Positions 49,640 to 63,400 of a DNA stretch of 64,000 nt are shown here, in pieces. Made by a program: the position numbers and the translations under genes. Under the pieces are notes generated by a model that was not told the DNA's origin, did no database searches, and saw only the letters and a list, made by a program, of their open reading frames with translations. Each line of letters opens with the position of its first letter. Position 1 is the first letter of the stretch. The stretch is taken from assembly GCF_009834535.1 (NCBI RefSeq), contig NC_045697.1, positions 22,818,001-22,882,000 of the forward strand. The letters are read 5' to 3'. The DNA is from Camelus ferus (taxonomy: Eukaryota).

Positions 49640-51430
49640 TTTCCTTTTTCAATTTTTCTCCAGTTTTAACCATTGAGAATCCTTTCATTTGGCTTCTATG
49701 TCCCTTTGACATACCTCCATCTATATGGTGTCTGTCTTCTTTCCTTCCTTTCTTCCTCTCTTCCTCCCCTCCTAGCACTTCTATGCTTTCTGACACTTCA
49801 AGATGCTCCAGGCTCATCTTGTATATTGCTTACCCAGTCCTAGAATCATCCATATCTTTAAGGAATTCTAACTCTTCTTATTGAAGAGTGCTACTAGAAA
49901 CCAAGATCTGAGTGCTACTGGGCCATCATTGCTTTAAGGGATGCTCAGCTGGTAGAGCAAGGCAAGATATGTGTGTAAACTAAACTGTGGAGATAGATGG
50001 ATGGCTAGATAGATAGATAGATTTCAGCGCAATCATCTGTACCTGTAGTAAACTAAATACGATTTTACAATGATGACTCCAACTCTCATTCATTACCACA
50101 TGGATTATTGTAGCGTTCTCCTTGCTTATCTATAAATTCCCTTCTAACGGTGAGAAACTTGGCTACCATCAGCCACTCCACGTACTTAATTGTGCCGTTT
50201 CAGTGCACATTTAAAGCCATATTAGAACTGTTAACCTTGACTCCCATGGGGAAAAAAAAAGGTTATCAATTAGAATACAGTGCTTATGTGCACCTCCTTT
50301 TGTCTTTAGAATTACAGACTCTAAACGTTTCTAAAACTGTGTAACACAACATTTCACTCCATCTGCTTCAACAAAGTTGCTGCATACATTTGTAAAACCA
50401 TTAGAGTCTCTTGTCACAGTCTGCATTTCTTCCTATATTCCCCCAAATCCAAAATAAATTTAAAAAATTAACATGCATTAAGGTTCACTTCTTGTGCCAT
50501 AAAGTTCTTTGGGTTTTGACAAATATGTCACGCTGTGTATTCGCCATTACAGTATTACATAGAATAGTTTCACCAACATAAAAAATCCCCTGCACTTCAC
50601 TTATTTCCCCTTATCTATGTCCCCATCACCCCTGAAAACTAACCACTGATTTGGTTACTATATTTATAGTTTAGACTTTTCCAAAATGTCATATAATTTG
50701 AATCATATTTTTTTTATTGACTAATATTCTTTTTAAGGTCCATTCATGTTTGTTCATATTTCAGTAGCTCACTTCTTTTTGCTCCTAGAAATATTATATT
50801 ATATAAAGCTACAATAATTATTTTATCTATTCACCTATTGGATGATGTTTTAGTTGCTTCCATTCATATACTGGGTTTTGTGTGATCATAGATTTCAAAT
50901 CAGTTGGGTAAATACCTAGAAGAACTATTTTGGGATTATATGGGAAGGCTATGTTTTGGTTTATAAAAAGCTACCAAATTATCTTCCAAAATGAACTGTA
51001 TACTTTTTTATCCCCATCAGCAATGAATGAGAGTTCCTGTTTCTCTGCATCCTTGCTAGTAGTTGGTATTGTCAGTTTTTAAAATTTTATTCATTTTAAT
51101 AGATTTGCAGTGGTACTTCTAGTTCTGTGACTGGATCTCCCTGAAGTTTTTAACTCTCAGAGTTGCCTTCACAGAGCCTCCAGCAATTCATCAATTACGG
51201 AACAGGTTTCCCTGCCCCTGGCACCGGTTCCCACAGCAGTTTCCACTTGTGCCTCTGCCCTGTCTTCCTCTGACTGTTTCCCCTCATCTTGGGGCAGCAG
51301 TTTGCCCTGTTTAAGTATTCATCATAAGTATTCAAGAAGTGTTGATTTTTCTACTGTTCAACTTCTTATGTGTTGTTAGGATGGATTGGCAACTTCTAAG
51401 CTCCTTACATGTGAAACTGGAAGGCAGAAT
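49640..51430 (-). mobile_element. Old LINE-1 (L1MC/L1MD-like): 3'UTR, ORF2 end and 5'-region piece
   Basis: aagatgctccaggctcatcttgtatatt, aaagttctttgggttttgacaaat...tagaatagtttcacc, cagcaatgaatgagagttcctgtttctctgcatccttgc; 51120-51430 resembles the reverse complement of 4600-4860. Confidence 0.85.
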
Positions 51431-51982
51431 GTTTTTCTCAATTTTTAAATTTAATTTTAATGAAAGAAAGTTGAAAGACTTTTGAAATATGATTTTTTTT
51501 CATCTAGTTATACACAGGTTTTGGTTTTTTTCAAATTTTATTTTATTTTATATGTTGGCTTGGGTATCCCAGAAATTATTTTCAACTTGTTTCTTAGTAT
51601 TTTTAATAAATTGCTCCCAAATATTCTTCTAATTATTTGACTATAAATATATTCTGTCTCCTGGATTTGTGTTTGTGGCTTATTCTCTTTCTCTCTCTCT
51701 TTCTGTTTTTCTCTCTCTAACCATTTTAATTTGTCTTGCTTTAGATTCTAGAAGGCTTTTTTTTTTAGAGTCTTTATAATCTGACTAGAATATTTAAAGT
51801 CTGAATAATCTTTAAGTAACTGCTGTCTTTATAGAATTTTTAAATAATGTCAATGTATTCTGCTAGTTTAATTTGATATCTATATTTTCTGTTCATTTCA
51901 AATACTTCAAGCATAATTTTGTTCTTCATGTGGTAGTTTTTTTTTAATCAAATAGATTTTGTCTTTAGGGCTGCCAACTCCT

Positions 51983-52112
51983 TTTTTTTCCCCCCCTAAA
52001 CAAATTAGAGGTAATTAGGTTTATTTATTTTTTAATGGCGGTAGTGAGGATTGAATTCAGGACCTCATGTATGCTAAGCATTCACTTTATCACTTGAGCT
52101 ATACTCTGTCCC
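51983..52112 (-). mobile_element. Vic-1-type SINE (diverged)
   Basis: gaggtaattaggtttatttatt...ggattgaattcaggacctcatgtatgctaagca...cacttgagctatac; TSD ctgccaactcct (51971-51982) / ctgccaattctt (52113-52124). Confidence 0.9.
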
Positions 52113-54763
52113 CTGCCAATTCTTATTTTATACACTCAATGGCTTATTGCTTAGGCCATTTACATAATAAGGTGATTTTTATTCTAAAATGTGGTTTCTC
52201 ATTTTGACTTATATCATATCTTCATATTTTTAAGAGCGTATCATTGTCTCTTTCGTTGATCTTTTTTAGTGTTTTCTCATCTATGTAGGGAAAGTCTGGG
52301 AAGATTTTTTTCCCTTGTGATGGATGTTGACTTGGATTTTAACAATTTCCTGAGTACTTTTTTTGCTTAATCAATAAAATAATTACAGACTTAGATTTAC
52401 TTTTAAAGCCATCTGATATCATTTTTTAGTTAACACTGATTAGAATTCTTATCATCTAAATGCATATGATGACAAAAATATATAAATAACAAAACACAAG
52501 TAATGATTACATGCAATTATAATATGTATGATTTAATGCTTAGAAAATATCTAATACTTATTTATATCTAACACTTAGAAAACATATTAGATATCTCCAC
52601 AGAAAGGTGTCCGTTTTTTCCAAATTCTGTGGACATACATCCAAGAAAGATTTTTAGAATTTGTTGTGTATGAATATTTCCTATGAAATAGGAAAGCATA
52701 ATCAATATACAATAACCTTAATTAAAATGGTAGAGTACTGAATCATCTGTAGGCAATTGATAAAATATAAGAAAATAGCCTTAACAATATATGAGTTGAA
52801 TATATGTTAAATAAGACTATCATGTAAGTAGGAAATATATTGTTTATTAATAATTTTTGAAAAGAAACTAATTATCATATGATCACTCAAAATATATACC
52901 AGTTAAGTTAGAGCTGAATGTAAAATTAAGAGCATGAAACAACCAGATTCAAATTTTAACTATAATTTATCAAAAATCAGTTTGAGAAAATATATCATGT
53001 TTAAAAGATATAGAAGTGTTCTAGAAGAAAATTGTGCACATATTACTACCATTTAAAAATGTGCAAATAAAACATTCAAAGAGATAAAAGTGACATAATA
53101 TTTTGAAAAATTAAGAGGTAAATAATGTTAATTATGTATTTGAAAACATCAAATGAATGTCAACACTGGTTGAAAAACTGTGAAAATGAAATAAACAGGC
53201 ATTTCACAAAGAAAACAATACTAGCAATTAGAAGACGAACATATAAATAATACATATTATTTTCACAATACATTTGCTAAATGCTTTAATAACATAAATC
53301 TTAATGCTGGGAGTTTCTGATTAGGTGAACTAATCAATAAAATGTAGATTAAAAATAATTACATATTTGAACAACTTTGCAAGCTTTTCAAAAATAGCAA
53401 ACATCAACAGAGATAAGGGTATTGAATAGTCTGTCTTTTAAATGCTGTTTAAATTTTAATTTTAAAAAATTTTATACAATTTATCAAGAATCATACAAAT
53501 GTTTATGCTTCTTAACATAATGTCCCTTCTAGACTTCTGATCTAACATAATTTATTATATATACAAAAATTCATTTGCAAAACTTTAGCACAGATTTATT
53601 TACAGTAGTCAAACATTGTTTCCAACACTGAATATTTCAAAAAAAGAATTTATAAGTATGTTGTGATTGCTAGATTTTTTTAAGAGCCTAATAAGTCATT
53701 TGTCATCTTCCATACTAGAATTAGGAACCAATTGAGAAATAAAAAAGGAGACTGGCAAATGGAAATCAAAATTATCTGTATTTTAAATAATAGGCCTTAG
53801 ACCTTCAGGAAACATGAATTAGACAAATTCGCCCACTCAGGCACTATCTCATATTTGTAGGCCTCCGTAGGAAAGGGGCTGCTTTTCTTTTTTTTTTTTT
53901 TACTGCGTACAAATGGAAGATGATGACACATAATATACGTATACAAGTAGGTATCAAAAGATATCCCGTAAATTGCTGAGCCACCATACAGGCCCTGTTT
54001 TTTTCTCTCAACTTTATGAATTTGTTGGAACAATAAGTGAGGAGAGGTACCATAATAGAGACTCCTCCTGCAGAGAAACATGAAGGAAAGAAAAAACAAG
54101 ACACCCCAAATAATAGTACATAATAGTACATAATAATAGAATGAAACCTGCCAGAAGTCATAAATAAATACACAGAACATTGTTAACCCCATGCTAATAT
54201 AATGCACAGTAAAAATCTGGGGACCCTAAATTAAACCTACAATTTGAATTTAGCACTGTAAGCATATAGTTACAAAGAAATTATTAATAAATAACACCAT
54301 TTATTTTCTCTTTCTGATGGAATTGCCTTAAACTTTGCTTGCTTCTTTAAATTTTAATTATTAAAAATAAATACATATGCATTTGAAAGTCCAACAAAAT
54401 TTTAGATAGCCTAATGAAATATAATAAATACAATTCCTCTGTTTTCCTTTACTGTTTTTCTCTGAAAGATTTTCTATGCTTATGTACTTCTATGTTTTAG
54501 TTAATGATTTTTGTTCATATTGTAGTCTGTTCTTTTTTTATTGATTTTTTATTTCTTCATTCAGTTTCCATTTACACTGTGCTGTTTTGCCAGTGGCACA
54601 AAATGAAGCTTGGAAAGAAAGTTACTTCTTGACAGAAAAAAATAAAAGAATGCCCTGAAAGTCTAAACTTCAGCGCATCATCAATGAGGGCAATAGTTAA
54701 GTGATTCTTTGTAGAGCACATCCAAATCCAAAATAACCTCTGTAATCTAATAAATAAATAAAT

Positions 54764-54764
<1 letters not shown>

Positions 54765-54798
<34 letters not shown>

Positions 54799-54840
54799 AA
54801 ATAAGATATATATATATCTAGTAAATACACACACATACAC
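54765..54840. repeat. (CA)n(TA)n compound microsatellite
   Basis: Direct reading. Confidence 0.9.
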
Positions 54841-55455
54841 AAGGCAGATCTAGAAAAAAAGTAATTTAAATTTTCTAGATGATTGAGGATAGTGAGAAAT
54901 TATTTTAGCAGAAGCAGCAAAACTACCAGAACTTTTCAATGTGGAAGGACAAAATTGAAAGGGAATTAATCGAATGTGAATAGACACTATCTAGCAAGGT
55001 GATCTTGGATTAAACCCATGATCAATCCAGAGCACACTCTGAAAAACTGAATTAGTCACCACTGCAGATCTCAGTACTTTGTGTTGTAGAATGATGCTAT
55101 ACCCAGATACCATCTAAGCTCTCATCCACTTTTAAAACTCTATTTCTGGCATTTCAGCACATCTAAGGAAGGGAAAGAAGTCTCATTCTTTTTTTTTCTT
55201 TTTCTCTCCTTTTGCCTTGTAAAGCTTGTGATAGTTGGAAGCCTTCAGCAAATCTAAGGTGATACAATATGAAAATTCACATATTAGTTTAACACATTCC
55301 AGACAACTAGAATTAGCTACTGAAGCTTGAGAAAGCTAGGCTTACAAATGAAAAGTGATTTTCCTAACAAGGAAATTCATTTAAAGAAAATGTTATTGTC
55401 TTCTTGTGTAGTAAGTATATAAGAAGTTGATTTTTGAAAAAAAATTGTAGTAATA

Positions 55456-55679
55456 CAGTTGACCCTAGAACCACATGTGTAGTTCCATTTACACTGGATT
55501 TTTTTTTTTTTTTCAGTATTCATTATCACAGTAGTACAAGATCCTCAACTGGTTGGATGCAGAACTGCAGATACGGGGGAACCTCATATATGGAGGGAAA
55601 ACTATAAATTATTTATACAGCCTTTCCACTGCATAGAGCTTTGGTGGCCCTAACTCCCAAGGTGTTCAAAAGTCAACTG
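55456..55679. mobile_element. Tc1/mariner Tigger2-derived MITE (Tigger2a/MER8-like), 224 bp
   Basis: Terminal inverted repeats cagttgaccctagaac / gttcaaaagtcaactg flanked by TA duplications (55454-55455, 55680-55681). Confidence 0.92.
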
Positions 55680-58600
55680 TAATTTATTGATAGGAATTAA
55701 AAAGTAATATCGAGATTATCTCTAATGTTCAACAGCATACTTATTAATGCCTATGCCACCATTCAACCAACACTTGGCATCCATTATTCGATAGATCATA
55801 ATCTAAATACTGAATATATAGCCCTTAACTTTGGAGAATATGTTGTTTAGATGATATTAATCTGAAGTATTCTTAGAGATGGGATTATAATCTCCAAATG
55901 ATATGAAACAATTTGAATCATGTTCTTACATTATCAAGACAACTTTTGAGCAAATATAATAATCTCATAATATCAGTAATTAGACAAAACCCTAAATATT
56001 TCCTTGCTAAGCCATACTAAAAAAAGTGTTTTAAAATAAGTTCACGAGGGCTTTGAAGATCAAAGTAAAATAACAGGACCTTTGCCATGATAAGTACTAA
56101 AAATTTATGTTGACAATGATGATCAAAATATTTTGATAATTCAGTAAAGGAATACATGCACTGTTAACTGATTCCTCAAATAAAATATTATATTTATAAT
56201 GAAATATTGAGAATTATAGCTAAGTATAGGGAGAAAGGATGAGAGAATGTAAAAAGAAGGGAAGATACATTATCTTTACTATTCTCCTGTAATATATTTT
56301 AAAACTTTTATTTGTCCTTTCTCACTTAGCATTTCAGTCCTGTTAATTTTTTTAACATGTGAATACTGTGAAGCCTGTAAATATGCCACATTCTTCTCTG
56401 TATCCTCTGCACCTAAACGAAGGCTGGATAAATAGTAAGTGCTCAACAAAATTTTATTGACTAAGGTGAACAAAATAATTATAATTTTAACTTGCTTTTG
56501 TGTACCATTTTTAGTTTACATGCTCCATCCACTGTGTCTTTTCTCTTTTGATAACCATAGTAATAAACAATCTAAACTCTTTGATAAGAAAGATAATCGT
56601 AACACTAAGATATTTATGAATTTATTCATTAAAATGTGAAGGAATTTAAAGAAGTATATTGCAGGACCAAAAGCAATATTTATAAGGTTGTTGAGAAATA
56701 CTGTCCATACTGAAAAGAGATACTTTAAACCTTTATTAGAATTAAGGAAATTGTAGTTTAATATTTTGAGTCATAAATATGATTATAAGTAGATAGAGGA
56801 AGAGAGAGAGAGAAAAAGAATAAACTACATGTATATTTTAAATTTAAATAAATTTCACAAACTGCTTTCAAAATACTTCAACCTAATTAACATTACCTTA
56901 TTTTAATAATTTAAACAAATGCTTAAATCTTCAAAATCAGTAGATTTCCTAGGTATGTTGGTATCTGATGAGGCACTAGCATATGTTGAATTGTGATTAT
57001 TTCTAGCACAGCAATAACTAATGCTTAGAATAAAAAAAATGTAACTCTCTAGGAAAATAATTCAAACATGATAGAACCACAGAAAAAATAATTTCCAGTG
57101 TTTTACTTATTATAAATTTATTAAAATATTCACCCATTGTTTAATTATAGAGACAAGAAATGTTTACCTAAGAGCACATTTTAATTATTCTCAATAATCT
57201 AAGGAATGGACATTTGTCATGCTTTTTAAGGCTATATATTTAAATATTTTTCCTCATATACTCAACTATGTCAAAAAATCTTTGGTGATTTCTGTATGTA
57301 GAAAAGCCACACATTTTAAGTAAAGTGGGAAAAGATAAATATAAGAGAATACTAGCCCATGAGGAAAAGTCTGGTCAGATATTATTCACTCTCTTTTTAA
57401 ATTTGTTGAGGAGGAACAATGACTTTGTATATATTCAGACAGGATTTAGAGTTAGAGAAACTCTAAAACATATTTTTTTAAAAAAACCCTTTATTTAAAG
57501 GGAATATATTGAAGTAAGTTATCTGACAAGGGTAAAGGTGTTCCCTGAGTTATGACATGAAAGATGAAATGATATCATTTCCTGTGACACTGATAATACC
57601 GCAAAGACAATTTTTTTATGATTTTTAAATGACTTGCAAAAGTGGTGCCTGTGAGTGATGTATTCATTTTCTAGAATCACCTGAATCTGTTACTGCGAAG
57701 TCAAGTTATCATGAATTTTAATGTTCAGAATAAGACTTCTTACAAAGATGGAAAGTGGTAATAAAGAAGTTTATGCCACAAATAGCTTGATTGCTTGGAG
57801 TCTGCCACTTTCCCAACATTTTGTTTTCCTCATTTTTTAGACAAAGAAACCAAAGACATGTTACACATCATATTAAAAACCTTGTCCATATTCTTCAGCG
57901 GGACAGGAAGAAATACTTCCACAAGTCAAATGCAGCCAAAGACTGCATTCGGATGTGTCCAATCATCAGTGCTCCCCGGGTGAAAGGATCACTTTTCTCA
58001 CTTTTGGTTATGACTTGCTTATTGATTTAGCATTAGCCAGACTAGATAAAGAACACCTTAGTGTAAATTATCACCAAAACTTGTGGATCCATTTCCTCTG
58101 AATATATGAAATTATTCAAAACCACCAAATACTTTCTGCCAATATTTAACTGAACATTAACTTTTTTGATTTAGAAGGGAGGAAATTGATTGTGTGTAGA
58201 ACTTGACCTATCAGTAAAGTTAACTGTAGTTAAATTGGATATAAAGATTCTGTCAGTTTGAGTGATACAGGAAAGAATTAAAAGTGCAAAAACTTTGAAG
58301 GGGGAACATCTGTGACTGGTAAAGGGGAAGAGGTACTGGGGCAGGCAGGGAAATCCTTTAGTATACAATGCAGGTAGTCAACCTATCGACAGAGTGGCAG
58401 AATAAAAGAAGATTTAGTACGAGGGACCTCAGACTGCGGTTCAGTTATGAGAATTTCTCAGCCAGGTCAATGGAGGATCTCAGGGCAAAGACTGCCCATT
58501 ACAGGAGCTTGTACCCTAGTTGGGTGACAATGACCTGGAATCTGGTACCCTGGCCATGCTGTGTCAGTGAACATCTTGAATGCATAGACTTGGCATGAAT

Positions 58601-59119
58601 GCTCCAGACTGACACTGCTGGGTAACTACATGGTTCTCAGCAAGTTCTTTCTGAAAGAAGACAGAGGTGGCTGTCTTCCATGGCTTTCACAGATATACTG
58701 GTTGAAATACAGAATCATCATTTCTCTTGATATTATGAAATTATTAGCATGACTTTATATGTGATAATATATGCTTATTATTTAAAATTTTAAGTCATGA
58801 TTTTTTTTTAACATTGATCAGTCTTTAGATTAAAAAAAAAACAAATTAACTCTAATTTAACACATATTAGCTGTTAGGTCCTTCCCACCCACAATGAGTC
58901 CTCTGATAATATGATTAATGCTTTTCATTTGAAAAATGGCTCAGTGGGCTCACAGTCAAATTTGAGTGGTTGATACACTCACTATGATTGTTTTACTAGT
59001 ATGTGAACTGAAGGAAACAAAGGAAAACCTGGCAGCTGTAATACAAGAGAAGTAAATCAATCAAAAGTACCTCCTTTCTGTCCTCTTTGTCACCCTTGCC
59101 TTGTATATATAGGCATTCT

Positions 59120-59400
59120 TACCGTCTTTGGTTGGGTTCTCCTGAAGCAAGATTTAAGACGAGAAATCAAGTAAGGACTGACTTGTTAGAAAAATGTTTC
59201 CAGGAAAAATCTGAAAGAGGAGTGAAGAAATGGGGCAGGAAAGCAAAAGACACCAAGTAAATAGACTATTAAGCAGTGTCCCACAAGGGGTCGTTTGGGT
59301 TCAATCCCATGTGGAGAAGAGCACTGGAGACCCTCTGCCTTACACCTTAGGGTTGACTCAATAGTAGGGGAGAAAGTTTGCCTGTCTCCCCCTGAGTCAG
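59120..59400 (-). mobile_element. LTR16-like ERV-L LTR fragment
   Basis: gttgggttctcctgaagcaag...gaggagtgaagaaatggggcaggaaag...gggttcaatcccat. Confidence 0.55.
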
Positions 59401-59423
59401 TCATTACGACCCAAGAGCTTTCT

Positions 59424-59859
59424 AAAAAGATATATTGAAATTCTAATCCGCAGTACTGGTAAGTGTGCCCTTATTTGGAAATATGGTCTTTGTGATGTTA
59501 TCAAACTAAGATGAGGTCATACTGAATTAAGGTGGATTTTTAACCAATATGATCGGTGTCCTTATAATAAGAGGAGAAGAGAGAGACACAAGAAGGGAGA
59601 ACACCACCACCATGTGTTGACAGAAGCAGGGCTTGAAGTATGGTGGCCGCCAGCCAAGAGCACCAAATACTGCAGGCAGACCACCAGAAACTAGGAAAAG
59701 GCAAGGAGAAACACTCCTAGAGGTTTCAGAGGGCGCAGGGCTCCTCCATCACTTTGATTTTGGAATTTTAGCTTCTACATCTGTGATAGAATAAGTTCAC
59801 GTGGTTTTAAGCCACTTATTTTGTGACACTTTATTACAGTTAGGAAAAAAACAAATGCA
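59424..59859 (+). mobile_element. MaLR LTR (MLT1C-like)
   Basis: cttatttggaaatatggtctttg...taagatgaggtcatactgaatta...ccaccagaaactaggaaaaggcaagga...ttttaagccac. Confidence 0.85.
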
Positions 59860-60363
59860 AATGTTTAGTACAAAATAGATGAAAAATCAAAATTTGCTGA
59901 ATAAATGAAGAAATTATTGAAAGATAGAAAGAATGACTCCAGTTTTCATTGAACTGTGGAGTCATAAACTCGGAAACTAAACACTTTATTATACTAGGCA
60001 GTCAGTAAATCTTTGTTTATTAAAAAGAGAATGGATGACTTAGTAAATACTGTGTTACTCCAAATATCTCTCTCATAGGCAAATGGTTTGCCTGTGAAGT
60101 ATTTTCATAAAATAATGAATCTATATGTCCACCAAAAATTGTTTCCAGACTAAATGAATACCCTCTCTAGTGAATGTTATAAAATGAACATTTTATATAA
60201 CTTTATTTTGATTAATAAAATATGTATCACATATTAATGTGTTAATAGTAGCTTTTCTCATTTATGTGTTTCTTTATTTTATAGATGCTGAAAACAACTT
60301 CCTCTTATCTGCTGGGAGCCTGAATTTATTATTTTGTCCTTTACTTTAGAAATGAGTACTTGA

Positions 60364-60496
60364 CTATAATGAAAAAGAATATGTAAAGGAATCTATGTGT
60401 GTATATGTCTGACTGAAACATTATGCTGTACACTAGAACTTGACACAACATTGTAATCTGACTATACTTCAATCTAAAAAAAAACCGCAAAAATAA
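60364..60496 (+). mobile_element. 5'-truncated LINE-1 3' end (older camelid subfamily), about 130 bp
   Basis: gactgaaacattatgctgtacactagaacttgacacaacattgtaatctgactatacttcaat followed by an A-tail; perfect 16-bp TSD agaaatgagtacttga (60348-60363 / 60497-60512) at a TT/AGAA site. Confidence 0.93.
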
Positions 60497-63400
60497 AGAA
60501 ATGAGTACTTGAATATGAAAAAAATGGGAGTCACTAACACCAGAGACCACAAGATAACATGTGAAGTACAAAAACAGCAAATATTATGATTTGACTCTCT
60601 TGACCATATGAGAATCTCTTTATGATCTACAGCTTGAGAAAACTGGATTTAAAGTAGAATTTCTTCTTGACTGAGATGTTACCTGTAAAAATGCACCCAC
60701 AAGAAGTTGTTTAAAAGATACATTTTTTTTAGATGAGATTATTTAGACATTTAAACACTGATGAATCTCTGACCCAAACAATAATTTTAGTTGTATCTTA
60801 AGCAAACCCTGGATCATGGTAATAAAACATACTATCAACAGGAAGAAATTAATATGCTTTGCTTTTTGCCGTGGTAAGTGTATTAATGCATCTAAATGAT
60901 TTTAAAGTCTTAATAAAATTTGGAAATATCACCAGTCATAAATTAATTTGAATGGGAGACAAAAAAGGGACAACGTAATTTTTAATTGGAAGAGGTCAGC
61001 CCTTCCTCCATACAGTCTTTGAGGATAATTAATAATCTGATATTTATAGATTTATATGAGATTAACAGTGTGATATTGGATGCTACAAAGTGTTCTCTGT
61101 AATGTCTCAGGTAAGTCTTACCAATTTTTACTGATAGTAAATATAAAAGAGTGATCTAAAGAAAAAGGCTTTGAATAGAATTGGCCAGAAAATCAACTTA
61201 AATATGTGTTATTTTGTCTGTACATTCTTCCAGAGCTTTTCAATGTCTTCTGGGGATGTGGCACTCTCAATTTGCAAAGGCCTTATCACCACTATATGAA
61301 ATTTTTAGCCCCAGAAGGTGTATGAGTTTGTGACTCTGGTACAAAACCTACCTTGCTTAGCACTTAGTAAGAAATAAGACTGAATCATCTTCATCTGCCT
61401 TCACTCCTGTGACTGTCTGTTCAAAATTTGAAAGGATGTTTATTGCAATAACAATATCAGAATCTGGGAAAGTAAAGGTTATATATTTTCAAGTATGTTA
61501 TACATTAAAACTGAAGAAACCACACTCAAATCCACACTAAGAGAACATCTCTGGTGAGCCAATTCCTATTAACAAGCAAGAATGGGAGGTTTTAACTCTT
61601 AACAAAAATTTGCAATTGATTTAAATCTTCTTATAAATAAATAAATATAAATATATATAGCTATTTGGATACTTCAAAATGGATAAGGATGCTGGAAGGC
61701 AGCTAGAGAGATTTCTAAAACTTCCCAAATGCAGACATATAATACATAAAAAATAAATTTGTTAATCAAAGAAAGTGTATGAGTCAAAAAGTGCCTCCTG
61801 CAGATACATTATTCTTGGGATCAACATGCTAGAAAATGCCTTTGTTATTATCTCAAACACAAAACTGACATCCAGAGAAATCTATTTTAACACAATGTTG
61901 TTTAAATATGTTGTTTATAAGAGTGTTTGATCTGAAAATATTGAGTGCCTGTCTCTGAATCCATCTTAAAATGGATTTTAATGCTATTATTTGGTCTCAC
62001 CTACAGATTGTGATGCCTCCCAGATCGGGGGCAGTTGACATCATATGCCCACATTTCAGGACTCAAGATGGACCAGAGAATTATCCAGGCAGCCGTACTA
62101 CTGATGTAGAGAATTTTTTTAAGTCCCACCCCTCCCTTACTTCTATAGCATATTCTAAATTAGCTTTGAGATATTAGACTTCTGTCATTAACTGTAATTG
62201 CTGCTGTTGTAATTCTCTCCTGACCACACAGCAGATGGTCCCATGTGCTGCCTCAGCCCTGTTTGTCCTCTTGAGGCCTGAATTTCTCTATATTTCAAGT
62301 GTCAGCTTGGCTTCTGAGTCATCTCTTACAGCTTGCTGCTGGAATGTAACCAGTAACTTTGGGATTTATTGTCCACCTAGTGATTTTCCCATAGAAAGTC
62401 ATGACTCAAGTTGGAAAATTCAAAGTAAGTGATTTCCAGAGAAGATGTTCATAAATTTTCTGTTTTAAATACGTAGCAATTACAGACAAAGCATGAAACA
62501 GCACACCAAACAGCTCAAGTGATACTAAGAACAAAGATAAACATTGATGAGCTGAAGGTGGGAAAACACTGTAGAAAGGGTAACAGGGCTGCCAAGTTCC
62601 ATCAAGGAGCAGGCAGTGATAGCTCAGAATTTGGCATTTGCAGGATAAAAGAACTCAAACTCCTTCAAAGGTGGAAGTGAGCCAGAAAGCTATTTACAGA
62701 GCCTGAGTATGTGTTCCCATCGTGAAAAAGAAGTCTGATGAAAAACAAAAACAGATCAACTGTTTCCAATTCCCTAATACTACAGATTTTAGCAAGCTGT
62801 TGGCCCCGTGAAGCAGGAGGACTCACGCATGGCTATGCTCAGGAAGTAAAGCAAGCTGCCTACTGGCTTTTTGATTAGGTCTATATTATCCCCAATGCCA
62901 CTGTAGGCAGGAGCTGGGAAGTGGCATCTGGGATGCCAAGGAAGAGCACAGGAGGGATGGGGGCGACCACAAAATTGTTGCCATGAAAGGGGGATTACAG
63001 TAGGAGAAAAGGAGAGAAACACCAGGAAGAAATAATTGCTCAGAAACAAAACTGAAAGTATTGCTAAACATCTACCAGCACCTTTGGAAATTAAAGGTAA
63101 ACCTTTTTAGACATAATCATCTCTGACTGTTTGCATACTACTTACGTATTACACTCTGAAAGACATCAAAGGATGGCATTACTTGGAAATAAGTAGAAAT
63201 ACAAAAGAGTCTAAGAGATTTCTTTGATTAAAGATCAATGTGGGGGATATGTGGAAGATAGATAAATACATAAAAGATGAAGTGAACTTCTTGTAAACAA
63301 TTAGTCAAATACTATTGATTTACCATATTCAAATGCAAAAAAAGATATTATATGAGGAATGGAATGCATGAGCCCGTGATGGGGATTAACTTCATATTCA

